A stretch of DNA of 57,676 bases from an uncultured Candidatus Saccharibacteria bacterium (GTDB lineage Bacteria > Patescibacteriota > Minisyncoccia > Phycocordibacterales > Zambryskibacteraceae). The stretch covers positions 15,990-73,665 of the forward strand of contig CAZSOL010000001.1 in assembly GCA_964608585.1 (NCBI GenBank), given 5' to 3'. Positions 39,245 through 48,965 of the stretch are shown here, one piece after another. Each line of letters starts with the position of its first letter. Position 1 is the stretch's first letter. The translations under genes and the position numbers were made by a program. Below the pieces are notes generated by a model that saw only the letters and a list, made by a program, of their open reading frames with translations, was not told the origin of the DNA and ran no database searches.

Positions 39245-40267
39245 ATGTCAGTCCTCTATAGGAAGTACCGCCCCAAGACGTGGAAGGATGTTACAGGGCA
39301 AGACCCCATAGTCTCTGTCTTGAGTAATCAGATCAAACTCGGCACAGTAGCTCACGCCTATCTCTTCGCTGGCTCTCGCGGTACAGGCAAGACCTCTGTA
39401 GCGAGGATCTTTGCGAGTGAGCTCAAGACAAGCCCAAGCGATGTCTATGAGATAGACGCCGCCTCCAACAACGGCGTGGACGAGATGCGACAGCTTAACG
39501 AGGCTGTGCATACCCTACCTTTCAACTCCAAGTACAAAGTCTACATCCTAGACGAGGCTCATATGCTCTCCAAGAGCGCTTGGAACTCCTTCCTAAAAAC
39601 TTTGGAGGAGCCTCCAGCTCATGTCATCTTCATTCTTGCTACTACAGAGTTAGACAAGGTGCCTGAGACTGTGCAGTCTAGGTGTCAGTCTTTCGTTTTC
39701 AAGCGACCCAGTAGAGAGGTCTTGAGAGAGTTTGGTATAAACATCGCTAAGGCCGAGGAGAGGAAACTTGCTAAAGATGCTGCCGAGCTCGTAGCTCTCT
39801 TAGGAGATGGTTCTTTCCGCGACACGCACGGGATACTAGAGAAGGTCTTTAGTAGTACCAAGGAGAGAGAGGTTACTCGAGAGGAGGTGGAGAGAGTTAC
39901 CGGAGCGCCAAACTTTGCTTTGGTACAAAATATTTTGGAAGCTATAGTAGACCAAGATCTTGAGAAGGGGATGCGAGCTATAGCTGAGGCGAGGAGGACA
40001 AATGCCGATATGAAGATCTTTAGTAGGCTTATCCTTGAGCATCTGCGTTACCTCTTCCTCATCCGTCTTAAGGCAGGGCTAGATAAGGATATTGAGGAGG
40101 AGACCTCAGAAGACGAGTTCAAGCTATTGAAGTCGTTGGGAGACAAGCCTGCCAAACATTTGAACGCCACTATTTTAGTAAAGTTTATAGAAGCTGTAGA
40201 CTCTGTCTCTACCACGACCATCCCCGAGCTTCCACTTGAGATTGCACTAGCTGAGAGTATTTCTTAA
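39245..40267 (+). CDS. dnaX: DNA polymerase III subunit gamma/tau (short, gamma-like)
   Basis: LYRKYRPKTWKDVTGQ, LFAGSRGTGKTS (Walker A), YILDEAHML, TLEEPP, SRCQ. I prefer the ATG at 39245. The track start at 39209 lies inside the upstream terminator. Confidence 0.9.
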   Translation: MSVLYRKYRPKTWKDVTGQDPIVSVLSNQIKLGTVAHAYLFAGSRGTGKTSVARIFASELKTSPSDVYEIDAASNNGVDEMRQLNEAVHTLPFNSKYKVYILDEAHMLSKSAWNSFLKTLEEPPAHVIFILATTELDKVPETVQSRCQSFVFKRPSREVLREFGINIAKAEERKLAKDAAELVALLGDGSFRDTHGILEKVFSSTKEREVTREEVERVTGAPNFALVQNILEAIVDQDLEKGMRAIAEARRTNADMKIFSRLILEHLRYLFLIRLKAGLDKDIEEETSEDEFKLLKSLGDKPAKHLNATILVKFIEAVDSVSTTTIPELPLEIALAESIS

Positions 40268-42885
40268 TTCCACCTTAAGTTTGGTTTGGTATGGTGCTTC
40301 CTTCTAAAGAACCACTTAGCCCCCTCAATCATAGCGATGTTTACAATACCAACAGCAACAACTCCAAGTACCCAAGTGAGAGGAAGAGCCGTGGTGTTGA
40401 AGATGCTTTGAAGCCCAGGGTAGTATATGCCCGCTATCATAAGAGAGATGCCTATGATAACTCCGATGTTTAAGTATTTGTTTGAGAAGACAGAGTAGCT
40501 AAGTATACTTTTCTCCAAACTCCTAACAGAGAAGGCTAGTATAAGTGTGTATGTCCCAAAGGCCGCAAAGATGAAGGACTGCACCATAGTCTTGTCGTAG
40601 CCCAACTTCATCATTGTGTAGTAGATGACAAAGAGCAGGATGCTGGTGGTAAGACCTATGACAAGGATCAAGAACTTCATCACAGGGTCAAAGAGATTTA
40701 TGCTGCCTCTTGTTGGTTTGTGTGATAGCCTGTCAGACTCTCTCTCAAAGGCGTAAGAGATAGCAGGGAAACTGTCGGTAAAGAAGTTGACCCACAAGAT
40801 TTGAAGTGGGTTGAGAGGCAAGGGGAGCCCCGTGGCCAAGGATCCTCCGATAAGTATGAGGCCATCCATCACGTTTGATAGCAAGTAGACCAAGACCTTG
40901 CGTATGTTACCAAGGATTTGTCTACCTTCTTCTATCGCAGCCACGATGGTCTCAAAGTTGTCATCTAATAGGACAAGGTCGGCGACACTCTGAGCTACTT
41001 CTGTACCTGAGCCCATAGCAATACCAACGTTGGCTTGCTTGATGCTTGGAGCATCGTTCACCCCGTCTCCTGTCATAGCCACAATCTCTCCCATATCTTG
41101 GAAGAGTTTGGCAATACGTAGCTTGTCTAGAGGTGTCACTCTAGCTATTACCTTAAGGTGCGGTAAGCGGGCTTTGAGTTCTTCTTCCGATATTACCGAG
41201 AGCTCTGAGGCATCTAGCACGGACTTATCGTCTATGTGCATGCCGATCTCTTTGGCCACAGCCATGGCTGTGCCTCGGTGGTCTCCTGTAAGGATAATTG
41301 TTTTGACCCCAGCTTCGTGGACATTCTTGATAGCGTTTTTAACACTGGTACGAACTGGATCGTGAAAGGTTATAAGTCCTGAGAAGGACAGGTCTGATAT
41401 GTCTAAGTTTTTAGAGATTATGAAGTTTTCAATATCGGGGGCCTCCTTCACCGCTACACCAAGTACTCTCTCTCCAGCAAAGGCCAGAGAGTCTATCTTC
41501 TCTATCAGGTCTTGCTTCTCCTTGTCACTTAGTGCTGAGTGACGCACTAGTATCTCCGGCGCTCCAAAGAAGATGGTCAGGTGCTTACTACCTTCCTTTG
41601 TTAGAGTGACTGAGAACTTCTGCACAGCGTTGAAGGGCATCCTTTGGAAGACATCCTTTCTGTCAATAATATTATCAAGGGAGACTCCGCGAACTCCGGC
41701 CGATCTGGCCAATGCCACCTCCATAATCTTGCCGTTTATGTGCCAGCTGTCTGGGTTGTCGCTTGGGTTCTCTATAAGTACATCAATGTTCGCTAGAGCT
41801 CTGTGTAGGAGCTTGTCCTCCCCAATCCCAAAGGGGATAAGTTTGGACATAACCATCTTGGCCAGTGTGAGTGTACCTGTCTTGTCTGTCAGTATCACCG
41901 TGGTGCTCCCCAGAGCTTCAGCGGCTATTAGCTTGCGGACTACTCCCTTGCGTTTAGCCATCCTCTCAACTCCGACTGCGAGGATAACCGTTATGGATAT
42001 AGGTAAGCCTTCTGGTATAGCAGAGACAGCTATCGCTACAGAGATAAGGAACATTTCAAGCAGAGAGTATCCGCTCAAGATACCTGCAACAAACACAACA
42101 GAGGTTATAAGGCCGAGCACCGCACTCGAGTAGAGGCTGAACTTGATGATGGCCTTCTGGAGAGGAGTCTTCTCACTCTCAGAGGTTGCGATGAGAGAGG
42201 CGATCTTACCAAACTCAGTTTGTAGTCCAGTACGGCATACGATGACAACTCCAACTCCTTGGGTCACCAAGGTTCCAGCGAAGACCATAGAGCTTTGGTC
42301 CGAGATGCCGGCTGATGCTGGAGAGGGGTCAACGGACTTTAAGACGGGGAGAGACTCTCCAGTTAGCACAGCTTCGTCTATTTGGAAGTCGTTTATAAAC
42401 ATCACCCTACCGTCAGCGGGCACACGGTCGCCTTGGTTGAGACGCACTATATCTCCGGGGACGAGGCTCTCGGCGTCTATCTCGCGCTCCTTGCCACTAC
42501 GTATAACTCTAGCTCTCTGCTTGAGATACGTCTTGAGCTCTGCGAGGGCCCGCTCAGCCTTATTCTCCTGATAGAAGCCTAGAGCCGAGTTCACTACTAC
42601 TGCTACGAAGATGAAGATTGCATCTCGGTAGTGAGAGACGGCGAGGGTTATAACTCCAGCTACGATTAGTACAAGTATGAGGGGGCTTGTCAGCTGGTTT
42701 AGAAGTATTTTGAGTTTGGCCGATTTCTTGGAGATCTTGATCGTGTTCTTGCCGAAGGTTGTCAGTCTGTCCTTGGCTTCCTCTTCAGACAAGCCTTCCT
42801 TGGTATCTGTTTTGAAGATCTGAGACACCTCTTCAGGGGAGAGGTGCCACAGCTTGTTTGTTTGGTTAGAGTTTGGATTAGTCAT
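40264..42885 (-). CDS. Cation-transporting P-type ATPase (type II, Ca2+/Mg2+-like)
   Basis: 873 aa: N-terminal cation-ATPase-N (LSEEEAKDRL), [28 protein letters not shown] and about 10 TM segments. Confidence 0.88.
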   Translation of the reverse strand: MTNPNSNQTNKLWHLSPEEVSQIFKTDTKEGLSEEEAKDRLTTFGKNTIKISKKSAKLKILLNQLTSPLILVLIVAGVITLAVSHYRDAIFIFVAVVVNSALGFYQENKAERALAELKTYLKQRARVIRSGKEREIDAESLVPGDIVRLNQGDRVPADGRVMFINDFQIDEAVLTGESLPVLKSVDPSPASAGISDQSSMVFAGTLVTQGVGVVIVCRTGLQTEFGKIASLIATSESEKTPLQKAIIKFSLYSSAVLGLITSVVFVAGILSGYSLLEMFLISVAIAVSAIPEGLPISITVILAVGVERMAKRKGVVRKLIAAEALGSTTVILTDKTGTLTLAKMVMSKLIPFGIGEDKLLHRALANIDVLIENPSDNPDSWHINGKIMEVALARSAGVRGVSLDNIIDRKDVFQRMPFNAVQKFSVTLTKEGSKHLTIFFGAPEILVRHSALSDKEKQDLIEKIDSLAFAGERVLGVAVKEAPDIENFIISKNLDISDLSFSGLITFHDPVRTSVKNAIKNVHEAGVKTIILTGDHRGTAMAVAKEIGMHIDDKSVLDASELSVISEEELKARLPHLKVIARVTPLDKLRIAKLFQDMGEIVAMTGDGVNDAPSIKQANVGIAMGSGTEVAQSVADLVLLDDNFETIVAAIEEGRQILGNIRKVLVYLLSNVMDGLILIGGSLATGLPLPLNPLQILWVNFFTDSFPAISYAFERESDRLSHKPTRGSINLFDPVMKFLILVIGLTTSILLFVIYYTMMKLGYDKTMVQSFIFAAFGTYTLILAFSVRSLEKSILSYSVFSNKYLNIGVIIGISLMIAGIYYPGLQSIFNTTALPLTWVLGVVAVGIVNIAMIEGAKWFFRRKHHTKPNLRWN

Positions 42886-42933
42886 TACTACTTAAGATCA
42901 AGCTTACTCTTTAGGATATCACACGGATCAGTA

Positions 42934-42958
42934 CAAAAAACCGCCTCTTACGAGGCGG
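42934..42958 (-). terminator. Rho-independent terminator after the ydeI-like gene
   Basis: The minus strand reads CCGCCTCgtaaGAGGCGG followed by TTTTTT. Confidence 0.75.
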
Positions 42959-42979
42959 TCAACCTATTTGTGTTTGTTA

Positions 42980-43225
42980 TTAACGGTGTGGGCATCCGGC
43001 CCAGCAACATGGTCTACGCTTGCCTTGTGTCAGTTGTGAGCGAGTGCGCTCAAGTCTCGTTATTCGCGTCTCAGGCTTTATAGCGGAAGTGACAAGGCAT
43101 ATCCACTCGTTCCGCGCTAGGGGAGTGATATCTTCCCAAACAGCAAGAGCTTTAGGGTTGGCAAGAAGAACCTTTTGTAAGTCGGCAGGAACCTTGTGCA
43201 CTGTGCCATGAGAGACTTTTTGCAT
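42980..43225 (-). CDS. YdeI/OmpD-associated (OmdA-like) family protein
   Basis: 81 aa: VPADLQKVLLANPKALAVWEDITPLARNEWICLVTSAIKPETRITRLER resembles the YdeI C-terminal domain. Confidence 0.5.
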   Translation of the reverse strand: MQKVSHGTVHKVPADLQKVLLANPKALAVWEDITPLARNEWICLVTSAIKPETRITRLERTRSQLTQGKRRPCCWAGCPHR

Positions 43226-43357
43226 TAGAAGAAAATTTAAAAGATGACCGTCTCGGGCCAGAACCGTGGTCGGTCAAGCCCACATTGACGGAATTAGCCT
43301 AATTTTAGCACTTTAGACGACGGGTCTCGAGCGTTTTAATAATTATCCCCACTTGAC

Positions 43358-43377
43358 TATACCCCCTAGGGGGTATA
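43358..43377. promoter_or_regulatory. Perfect 20-bp palindrome; candidate CsoR operator overlapping the csoR promoter
   Basis: TATACCCCCTAGGGGGTATA starts at the last base of TTGACT (43353-43358) and ends 10 nt before the csoR ATG. GC-tract inverted repeats of the type ATACCCC..GGGGTAT are the known CsoR operator style. Confidence 0.65.
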
Positions 43378-43387
43378 CCCTAAAAAC

Positions 43388-43648
43388 ATGGATAAACAAA
43401 AAACACTAGGACGCCGCCTGAAGCTTATAGAGGGCCAGGTACGAGGTCTACAAAAAATGGTAGAGAATGGTAAGTATTGCGTTGATGTTATTACCCAAAC
43501 TTCGGCAGTTAAGCAGGCTCTCTCAAATGTGGAAGATCTCCTCTTGGAACATCATCTGAGCCATTGTGTAGTAGATCAGATCCAGAAAGGTAAGAAGGAT
43601 AAGGCCACCGATGAGATCCTTAAAGTTTATAGGCTAAAACGGAAATAA
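43388..43648 (+). CDS. csoR: CsoR/RcnR-family metal-sensing repressor
   Basis: 86 aa: [35 protein letters not shown]...HHLSHC (a C-H-C ligand set). Confidence 0.82.
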   Translation: MDKQKTLGRRLKLIEGQVRGLQKMVENGKYCVDVITQTSAVKQALSNVEDLLLEHHLSHCVVDQIQKGKKDKATDEILKVYRLKRK

Positions 43649-43650
43649 TT

Positions 43651-45945
43651 ATGTCTGGTTCACTCACATTGCGAGTTCGAGGGATGCATTGCGCTTCATG
43701 TGCGGGAATTATAGAAAAAACTTTTAAGAAATCAGAGGGCGTGCATTCCGCGGAGGTTAATTATGGGACCGAAACTGCTCAAATTTCATTTGATACAAGT
43801 AAGACGAGCCCACAAGCACTCTCCAAGAAGATAGAGCCGTTAGGTTATTCCCTGGTTACTCTCAGAGCAGACGAAATGGGGATGTCTGCAGATGAACATG
43901 CAGCGCATCTTGGGTTAAATCAATCAAAACAGGAAAAGCTCACCGAGGTCGCAGACATGAGGACTAAAGTGCTTTTTGCAATTCCTATAGCAATTTTCGC
44001 TGCTCTAGTTATGGGTTGGGATATCCTCGCTCAATACGGAGTCGTATCAGAAATGGGTAGCGTTACGGAGGAATTTATTCACCATCTCCTGCCTATACTG
44101 GCAACATACATACTGTTCGTTGTCGGGAAGCCGTACCTCCTTGGATTTTACAGATTTATCATATACGGCAAGGCCAATATGGATACGCTGATCGGTATCG
44201 GAACTACCGCGGCATTTCTCTATAGTTTTGCTATCACTGCTTTTGAAGATACTCTCAGGCCATTTATAAATGTAGAGTACCAATATTACGATGTAACTAT
44301 CGTTGTTATTACGTTTATAGCACTTGGTAAATATCTTGAAGCTCAATCTAAAATTAAGACTGGCGATGCCATAGAAAAACTCCTTAATCTCCAGGCTAAA
44401 ACTGCTATAGTGATTCGTGATGGGAAGGAAGTAGAAATATCTGTGAGTGATGTTAAGCATGGTGATCTCATTATTGTAAAACCTGGGGCAAAAATCCCCG
44501 TAGATGGAGTCATCACCGAGGGTAGCTCATTTATTGACGAATCAATGGTTACGGGAGAGCCAATGCCGGCACAGAAAAAAGTTGGAGACAGCGTGGTATC
44601 TGGAACCATAAACACAAGCGGGTCATTCACTTTCAAAGCTACTAAAGTGGGTTCCGAGACATTGCTAGCACAGATCATAAAAATGGTTGAGGATGCTCAG
44701 GGTAGTAAAGCACCAATACAAGCTCTTGCTGATAAAATCTCGAGCATCTTTGTACCTATTGTTCTTGTGATTGCCTTCCTCACACTTGGAACATGGCTTG
44801 TCATTGGCTCCCAGTATCTAGGATTTTCACAAGCACTCTCATTTGGCCTTGTGTCATTCGTTGGTATCCTCGTCATCGCTTGTCCATGTGCTCTCGGTCT
44901 TGCCACCCCTACAGCTATCATTGTTGGTGTCGGCAAAGGTGCTAAGGAAGGGATACTAATTAAAGATGCTGCAACTCTTGAGAAACTTCATAAAGTAAAT
45001 ACAGTTGTGGTTGATAAAACAGGAACCATCACTAAGGGCAAGCCAACACTTGTAGATATACAGAATTTCTCAAGTCTAAAAGATAGTGAGCTGGTATCCA
45101 TTCTAGCTTCGCTTGAGAAAAGGTCAGAACACCCAATCGCTCACGCTATTGTAAGCTACGCACAGGAGAAAAATATCTCAGTGACTGAGGTTACAGATTT
45201 TGAAGGCATACAAGGTAAAGGGCTTAAGGGTTCAATTAAAAACGTCGAATACTTTGTCGGCAACGCAAAGCTTATAAGCGATCTTGGGATTTCCTTCGAT
45301 GTGATAAAACTTAATGAATTTACTTCACAAGGTAAGACCCCTGTTATCCTTGCCACCAAAGAAGAAGTTATAGGTTTTGTGATGGTGGCCGATGAGATCA
45401 AAGCTGAGTCTGTCGAGGCTGTTAAAAATCTTCATTCTCTAGGAATCAAAGTGGTCATGCTTACGGGTGATGATGAGAAAGCGGCCAAGTACATTGCGTC
45501 CCTTGTGGGAATTGATGATGTAGTCGCTCATGTCCTCCCTGAGGATAAGCTAAGAAAGATTCAGGAACTGCAGTCGCAGGGCCGAGTAGTGGCAATGGCT
45601 GGCGATGGCGTTAATGATGCTCCCGCGCTTGCACAAGCGGACGTAGGTATTGCCATGGGTACTGGTACAGATGTGGCGATTGAGTCAGCTGGTATTACCC
45701 TTCTCGGAGGCGACATTTCTAAGCTCGTAAAGGCAATTAAGCTCTCAAAGATCACGATGAAAGGGATCAAGCAGAACTTATTCTGGGCGTTTATCTACAA
45801 CATCGTCGGTATTCCCCTCGCAACAGGGATTTTATATCCAGTCTTTGGTTGGCTCTTAAACCCTGTATTTGCTGGTTTTGCTATGGCTATGTCTTCGGTA
45901 TCAGTGGTGTCGAATTCGCTTCGCATTAAAGCTAAGAGAATATAA
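43651..45945 (+). CDS. copA: Copper-translocating P1B-type ATPase
   Basis: N-terminal HMA domain ([12 protein letters not shown]), [27 protein letters not shown]. Confidence 0.92.
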   Translation: MSGSLTLRVRGMHCASCAGIIEKTFKKSEGVHSAEVNYGTETAQISFDTSKTSPQALSKKIEPLGYSLVTLRADEMGMSADEHAAHLGLNQSKQEKLTEVADMRTKVLFAIPIAIFAALVMGWDILAQYGVVSEMGSVTEEFIHHLLPILATYILFVVGKPYLLGFYRFIIYGKANMDTLIGIGTTAAFLYSFAITAFEDTLRPFINVEYQYYDVTIVVITFIALGKYLEAQSKIKTGDAIEKLLNLQAKTAIVIRDGKEVEISVSDVKHGDLIIVKPGAKIPVDGVITEGSSFIDESMVTGEPMPAQKKVGDSVVSGTINTSGSFTFKATKVGSETLLAQIIKMVEDAQGSKAPIQALADKISSIFVPIVLVIAFLTLGTWLVIGSQYLGFSQALSFGLVSFVGILVIACPCALGLATPTAIIVGVGKGAKEGILIKDAATLEKLHKVNTVVVDKTGTITKGKPTLVDIQNFSSLKDSELVSILASLEKRSEHPIAHAIVSYAQEKNISVTEVTDFEGIQGKGLKGSIKNVEYFVGNAKLISDLGISFDVIKLNEFTSQGKTPVILATKEEVIGFVMVADEIKAESVEAVKNLHSLGIKVVMLTGDDEKAAKYIASLVGIDDVVAHVLPEDKLRKIQELQSQGRVVAMAGDGVNDAPALAQADVGIAMGTGTDVAIESAGITLLGGDISKLVKAIKLSKITMKGIKQNLFWAFIYNIVGIPLATGILYPVFGWLLNPVFAGFAMAMSSVSVVSNSLRIKAKRI

Positions 45946-45947
45946 AT

Positions 45948-46955
45948 ATGAACACATACACATTCCATGTTTCCGGCACCCACTGCGCATCCTGCAAAAT
46001 CTTTATTGAAGATGTTTTAAACGAGCAAGATTTCATTCAAGAGGCCTGGGTGGATTTAAAGAAAGAAACTGTTGAAATAAAAATTGATAGTAACCAAGCT
46101 CCAGAAGAACTTGCAAAGGTTCTAACAACTAAAATTCAATCGAATGGGTATGTTCTGTCAGTAAAAAAAACAGAGAGAGAAATAGAAGTTGATGGAATAA
46201 TTTGGAAAGCCTTACCTATTGGCCTTGGGATTTTAGTTCTGTTCTTCCTTTTACAGAAGTCAGGAATTCTTAATCTTGGAATTGGAGGGCAGACAACACC
46301 GATTACCAGTTTCATCATAGGCCTTATAGCGTCAGTTTCAAGCTGTCTAGCAATTGTGGGGGGCTTAGTCTTGTCACTCTCCGCAAAGATATCTCAAGAT
46401 AACGTAAGTGATACAAAAATCTTTACCCTATTTCATACAGGAAGACTTATTAGCTTCGCAGTTTTGGGTGGTGTTCTAGGAGGAGTTGGAAGCGCTATAG
46501 GTATCAGCTTCACATTTACGGCAATATTGGGTCTCCTAGCATCAGTGGTAATGCTCTTATTGGGTCTTAACTTGGTGGGAGTATTCGCTAAGAATAAGAT
46601 AGCCTTGCCATCAGGACTATTCAACTTCTTTAGAAGAATTGAACACAAAACATTTACGCCTTTAGCCCTTGGCTTTGCCACCTTCTTCTTGCCATGTGGT
46701 TTTACCCAGTCAATGCAGGTGACGGCCTTAAGTAGCGGGTCCTTCATGTCAGGACTTCTCATTATGCTTGCATTTGCCTTGGGGACACTACCGATGCTCG
46801 TACTTCTATCATTTGGATCAGCTTCCTTCGCTCATGGAAAACACGCCCCATTGTTCTTTAAGTCAGCTGGAGTAGTTGTAATTGGTCTTGGGCTATTCGC
46901 TCTTCTTGCCGGGCTAGCTGGATTAGGGATCATTAATCCGCTATTTAACATATAA
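45948..46955 (+). CDS. HMA-domain protein fused to a TauE/SafE- or DsbD_2-like multi-TM permease
   Basis: N-terminus HVSGTHCASCKIFIEDVL (the MxCxxC-like HMA motif), followed by about 6-7 TM helices. Confidence 0.6.
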   Translation: MNTYTFHVSGTHCASCKIFIEDVLNEQDFIQEAWVDLKKETVEIKIDSNQAPEELAKVLTTKIQSNGYVLSVKKTEREIEVDGIIWKALPIGLGILVLFFLLQKSGILNLGIGGQTTPITSFIIGLIASVSSCLAIVGGLVLSLSAKISQDNVSDTKIFTLFHTGRLISFAVLGGVLGGVGSAIGISFTFTAILGLLASVVMLLLGLNLVGVFAKNKIALPSGLFNFFRRIEHKTFTPLALGFATFFLPCGFTQSMQVTALSSGSFMSGLLIMLAFALGTLPMLVLLSFGSASFAHGKHAPLFFKSAGVVVIGLGLFALLAGLAGLGIINPLFNI

Positions 46956-46962
46956 TTAATAC

Positions 46963-47352
46963 ATGAATAAAACCGCTTCAATTATTATCATGGTCGCGAT
47001 TGTCGTAGGTATCGGCATCATATTTCTTGGGCAATCCAACAAAAACTCTGATTCAGCTCAATCAGTACAAAATGTTGAAATAAGAGATGGTATTCAGTAT
47101 GTCACTATTGGAGCAAGAGGTGGATACTCACCTAGAGTGTCCACAGCTCAAGCCAATATCCCAACAAAATTAGTTGTTAAAACTAACGGAACGTACGATT
47201 GCTCAGCAGCGCTGGTTATTAAATCCATTGGGTATCAGAAGATTCTCCTGCAAACAGGAGAAGAGGTTATCGATCTGGGCACACCGCAGGTTGGTACCTT
47301 TAAAGGACTCTGCAGCATGGGTATGTATAACTTCTCTGTAAATTTTAATTAG
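46963..47352 (+). CDS. Membrane-anchored cupredoxin-like domain protein
   Basis: 129 aa with an N-terminal TM segment. ...QYVTIGARGGYSPRV...PTKLVVKTNGTYDCSAALVI...GLCSMGMY is cupredoxin_1-like, in a copper-operon context. Confidence 0.5.
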   Translation: MNKTASIIIMVAIVVGIGIIFLGQSNKNSDSAQSVQNVEIRDGIQYVTIGARGGYSPRVSTAQANIPTKLVVKTNGTYDCSAALVIKSIGYQKILLQTGEEVIDLGTPQVGTFKGLCSMGMYNFSVNFN

Positions 47353-47415
47353 CACATAAGTCACTGATACAATCGTTCCCTACGGCTCTAGGTCCTTCGA
47401 TACTTTACTAGACTG

Positions 47416-47486
47416 CTGGGATACAGGGATTCGAACCCCAATTAATGGCTTCAAAGGCCACTGTCCTACCATTAGACGATATCCCA
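47416..47486 (-). tRNA. tRNA-Gln (anticodon TTG)
   Basis: U1:A72 acceptor pair (TGGGATA/TATCCCA), anticodon loop CTTTGAA and GGTTCGAATCC T-arm. 71 nt. The promoter TTGAAT-N17-TATTCT lies just upstream on the minus strand. Confidence 0.88.
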
Positions 47487-47573
47487 ATACAGCTAGAATA
47501 CTTGAATTTGAGCTCTAATTCAAATGTATTTCCCGACAAGGCAACGCCTTGTCGGGGGGCCTGTATTATCTTT

Positions 47574-47582
47574 TGATATAAT
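47574..47582 (+). promoter_or_regulatory. Extended -10 (TGaTATAAT) 6 nt upstream of the ATG at 47589
   Basis: TG at 47574-75 and TATAAT at 47577-82. No SD. Confidence 0.5.
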
Positions 47583-47588
47583 TAGTTT

Positions 47589-48041
47589 ATGAAAAAACTA
47601 CTTATAATTTTAATCAGTATTTTGGTTCTTGGGGTTGGATATTGGCTGGTCTCTCCCTTGTTCATAGACAAGCGGGTATCTGAAGCTCTACCATCCCAAG
47701 TTGACGGAGAGGACTTACAGATTTTGTTCCAAGGAAATTTTGAAGGTTTTGATGAGGTACATTATGGTTCTGGCGAAGCCTTGATATTGGATGTTCAGGG
47801 CGAGAGAGTTCTTCGGTTTGAGGACAACTTCAACGTGGCCAATGGACCAGATCTCTTTGTGGGTTTTGGCAAAGACGGGGAGTACATTAAGGACTCAGAG
47901 ATATCAAGACTCAAGGGCAACATTGGCTCTCAGAATTACGTCTTGTCCTCTGACTTTGATATAAGTAAGCACAACGAAGTTTGGATATGGTGTAAGGCCT
48001 TCTCCATTCCTTTTGCCAAGGTTAGGTTAATAGCTAGTTAG
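47589..48041 (+). CDS. DM13-domain protein (membrane-anchored)
   Basis: 150 aa: HYGSGEALILDVQGERVLRFEDNFNVANGPDLFVGF, the DM13 pattern. Confidence 0.6.
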   Translation: MKKLLIILISILVLGVGYWLVSPLFIDKRVSEALPSQVDGEDLQILFQGNFEGFDEVHYGSGEALILDVQGERVLRFEDNFNVANGPDLFVGFGKDGEYIKDSEISRLKGNIGSQNYVLSSDFDISKHNEVWIWCKAFSIPFAKVRLIAS

Positions 48042-48043
48042 CT

Positions 48044-48643
48044 ATGGAAGACAAGATACTAGAGGTTGCGTCACTCATCCTTGATTTTGGTAAGGTGCAT
48101 AGGAAGACTTTGCATCAAGATGGGGAACGAGTTGAGACCGACACAGACCATACAGTGATGGTGGGGATACTCGGGGCATCTATCGCCAACCGACTCTATA
48201 AAGATCTAGATATTGGTCTCATCACTCAATTTGCTTTAGTTCATGATTTGGTTGAGGTACACGCTGGGGACACCGACACTCTCACTGGAGTGAGTGAGGA
48301 CTCACAGAGGTTGAAGGAAGAGAGGGAGATTATTGCTCTAAGAAAACTTGAAGAATCTTTCGGCAAGGACTTCTCTTGGATACACGAGACAATAGACAAA
48401 TATGAGAGACTGGATACTAAAGAGGCGAGGTTTGTTAAGGTCTTAGACAAGATAATGCCCAAGCTTACTGTCGTCTTGAACAATGCTGCTAGCATAAACA
48501 ACAGATCCATCCCTAGGTCTGAGGTAGAGAAGACCTTTGATTTTCAAAGAGTGAGGGTAAGGGAGTGGGCCTATGATATGCCAGAGCTTGTAGATCTTTG
48601 GGAATACTTTGTGACCAAGGAATTAGATCTAATAAAGAATTAG
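48044..48643 (+). CDS. HD-domain phosphohydrolase (YfbR-like 5'-nucleotidase type)
   Basis: ETDTDHTVMV ... ALVHDLVEVHAGDTDT, an H..HD..D metal site. Confidence 0.62.
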   Translation: MEDKILEVASLILDFGKVHRKTLHQDGERVETDTDHTVMVGILGASIANRLYKDLDIGLITQFALVHDLVEVHAGDTDTLTGVSEDSQRLKEEREIIALRKLEESFGKDFSWIHETIDKYERLDTKEARFVKVLDKIMPKLTVVLNNAASINNRSIPRSEVEKTFDFQRVRVREWAYDMPELVDLWEYFVTKELDLIKN

Positions 48644-48646
48644 TGA

Positions 48647-48676
48647 ATTACGAAGGACCGACCTTCGTAATTTTTG
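48647..48676 (+). terminator. Rho-independent terminator
   Basis: ATTACGAAGGaccgaCCTTCGTAAT followed by TTTT. Confidence 0.75.
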
Positions 48677-48683
48677 CTACAAT
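48675..48683 (+). promoter_or_regulatory. Extended -10 (TGcTACAAT) 6 nt upstream of the ATG at 48690
   Basis: TG at 48675-76 and TACAAT at 48678-83. No SD. Confidence 0.5.
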
Positions 48684-48689
48684 AAATAG

Positions 48690-48881
48690 ATGACAATAGA
48701 ACAAATTATATTTTGGGTTCTCTTAGTAGATGCGGTGAGTACGAATGTGATATTCCTCTTTGGACGTAGGTGGTATGTTGAGCATCTCCGTACTTTTAGT
48801 CGTTTTTTCCCACCGGCTTCTGGTTGGTCTTTGTACTATCTGGCGCTTATCTTATGGATAGGGTCTCTGCTCTATAGATAA
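48690..48881 (+). CDS. Small 2-TM membrane protein
   Basis: 63 aa with two hydrophobic segments (IIFWVLLVDAVSTNVIFLF; SLYYLALILWIGSLL). Confidence 0.5.
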   Translation: MTIEQIIFWVLLVDAVSTNVIFLFGRRWYVEHLRTFSRFFPPASGWSLYYLALILWIGSLLYR

Positions 48882-48930
48882 GCCTCTTAAGTATTAAGCC
48901 TTAAAGCGCTGCATAGTAGGGTTGGCTTGC

Positions 48931-48959
48931 TTGACTTTTATGATAGAAAATGTTATTTA
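48931..48959 (+). promoter_or_regulatory. Full promoter ending 6 nt before the ATG at 48966
   Basis: TTGACT, N17, TATTTA with TGt extended -10, then gtatga, then ATG. Confidence 0.55.
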
Positions 48960-48965
48960 GTATGA

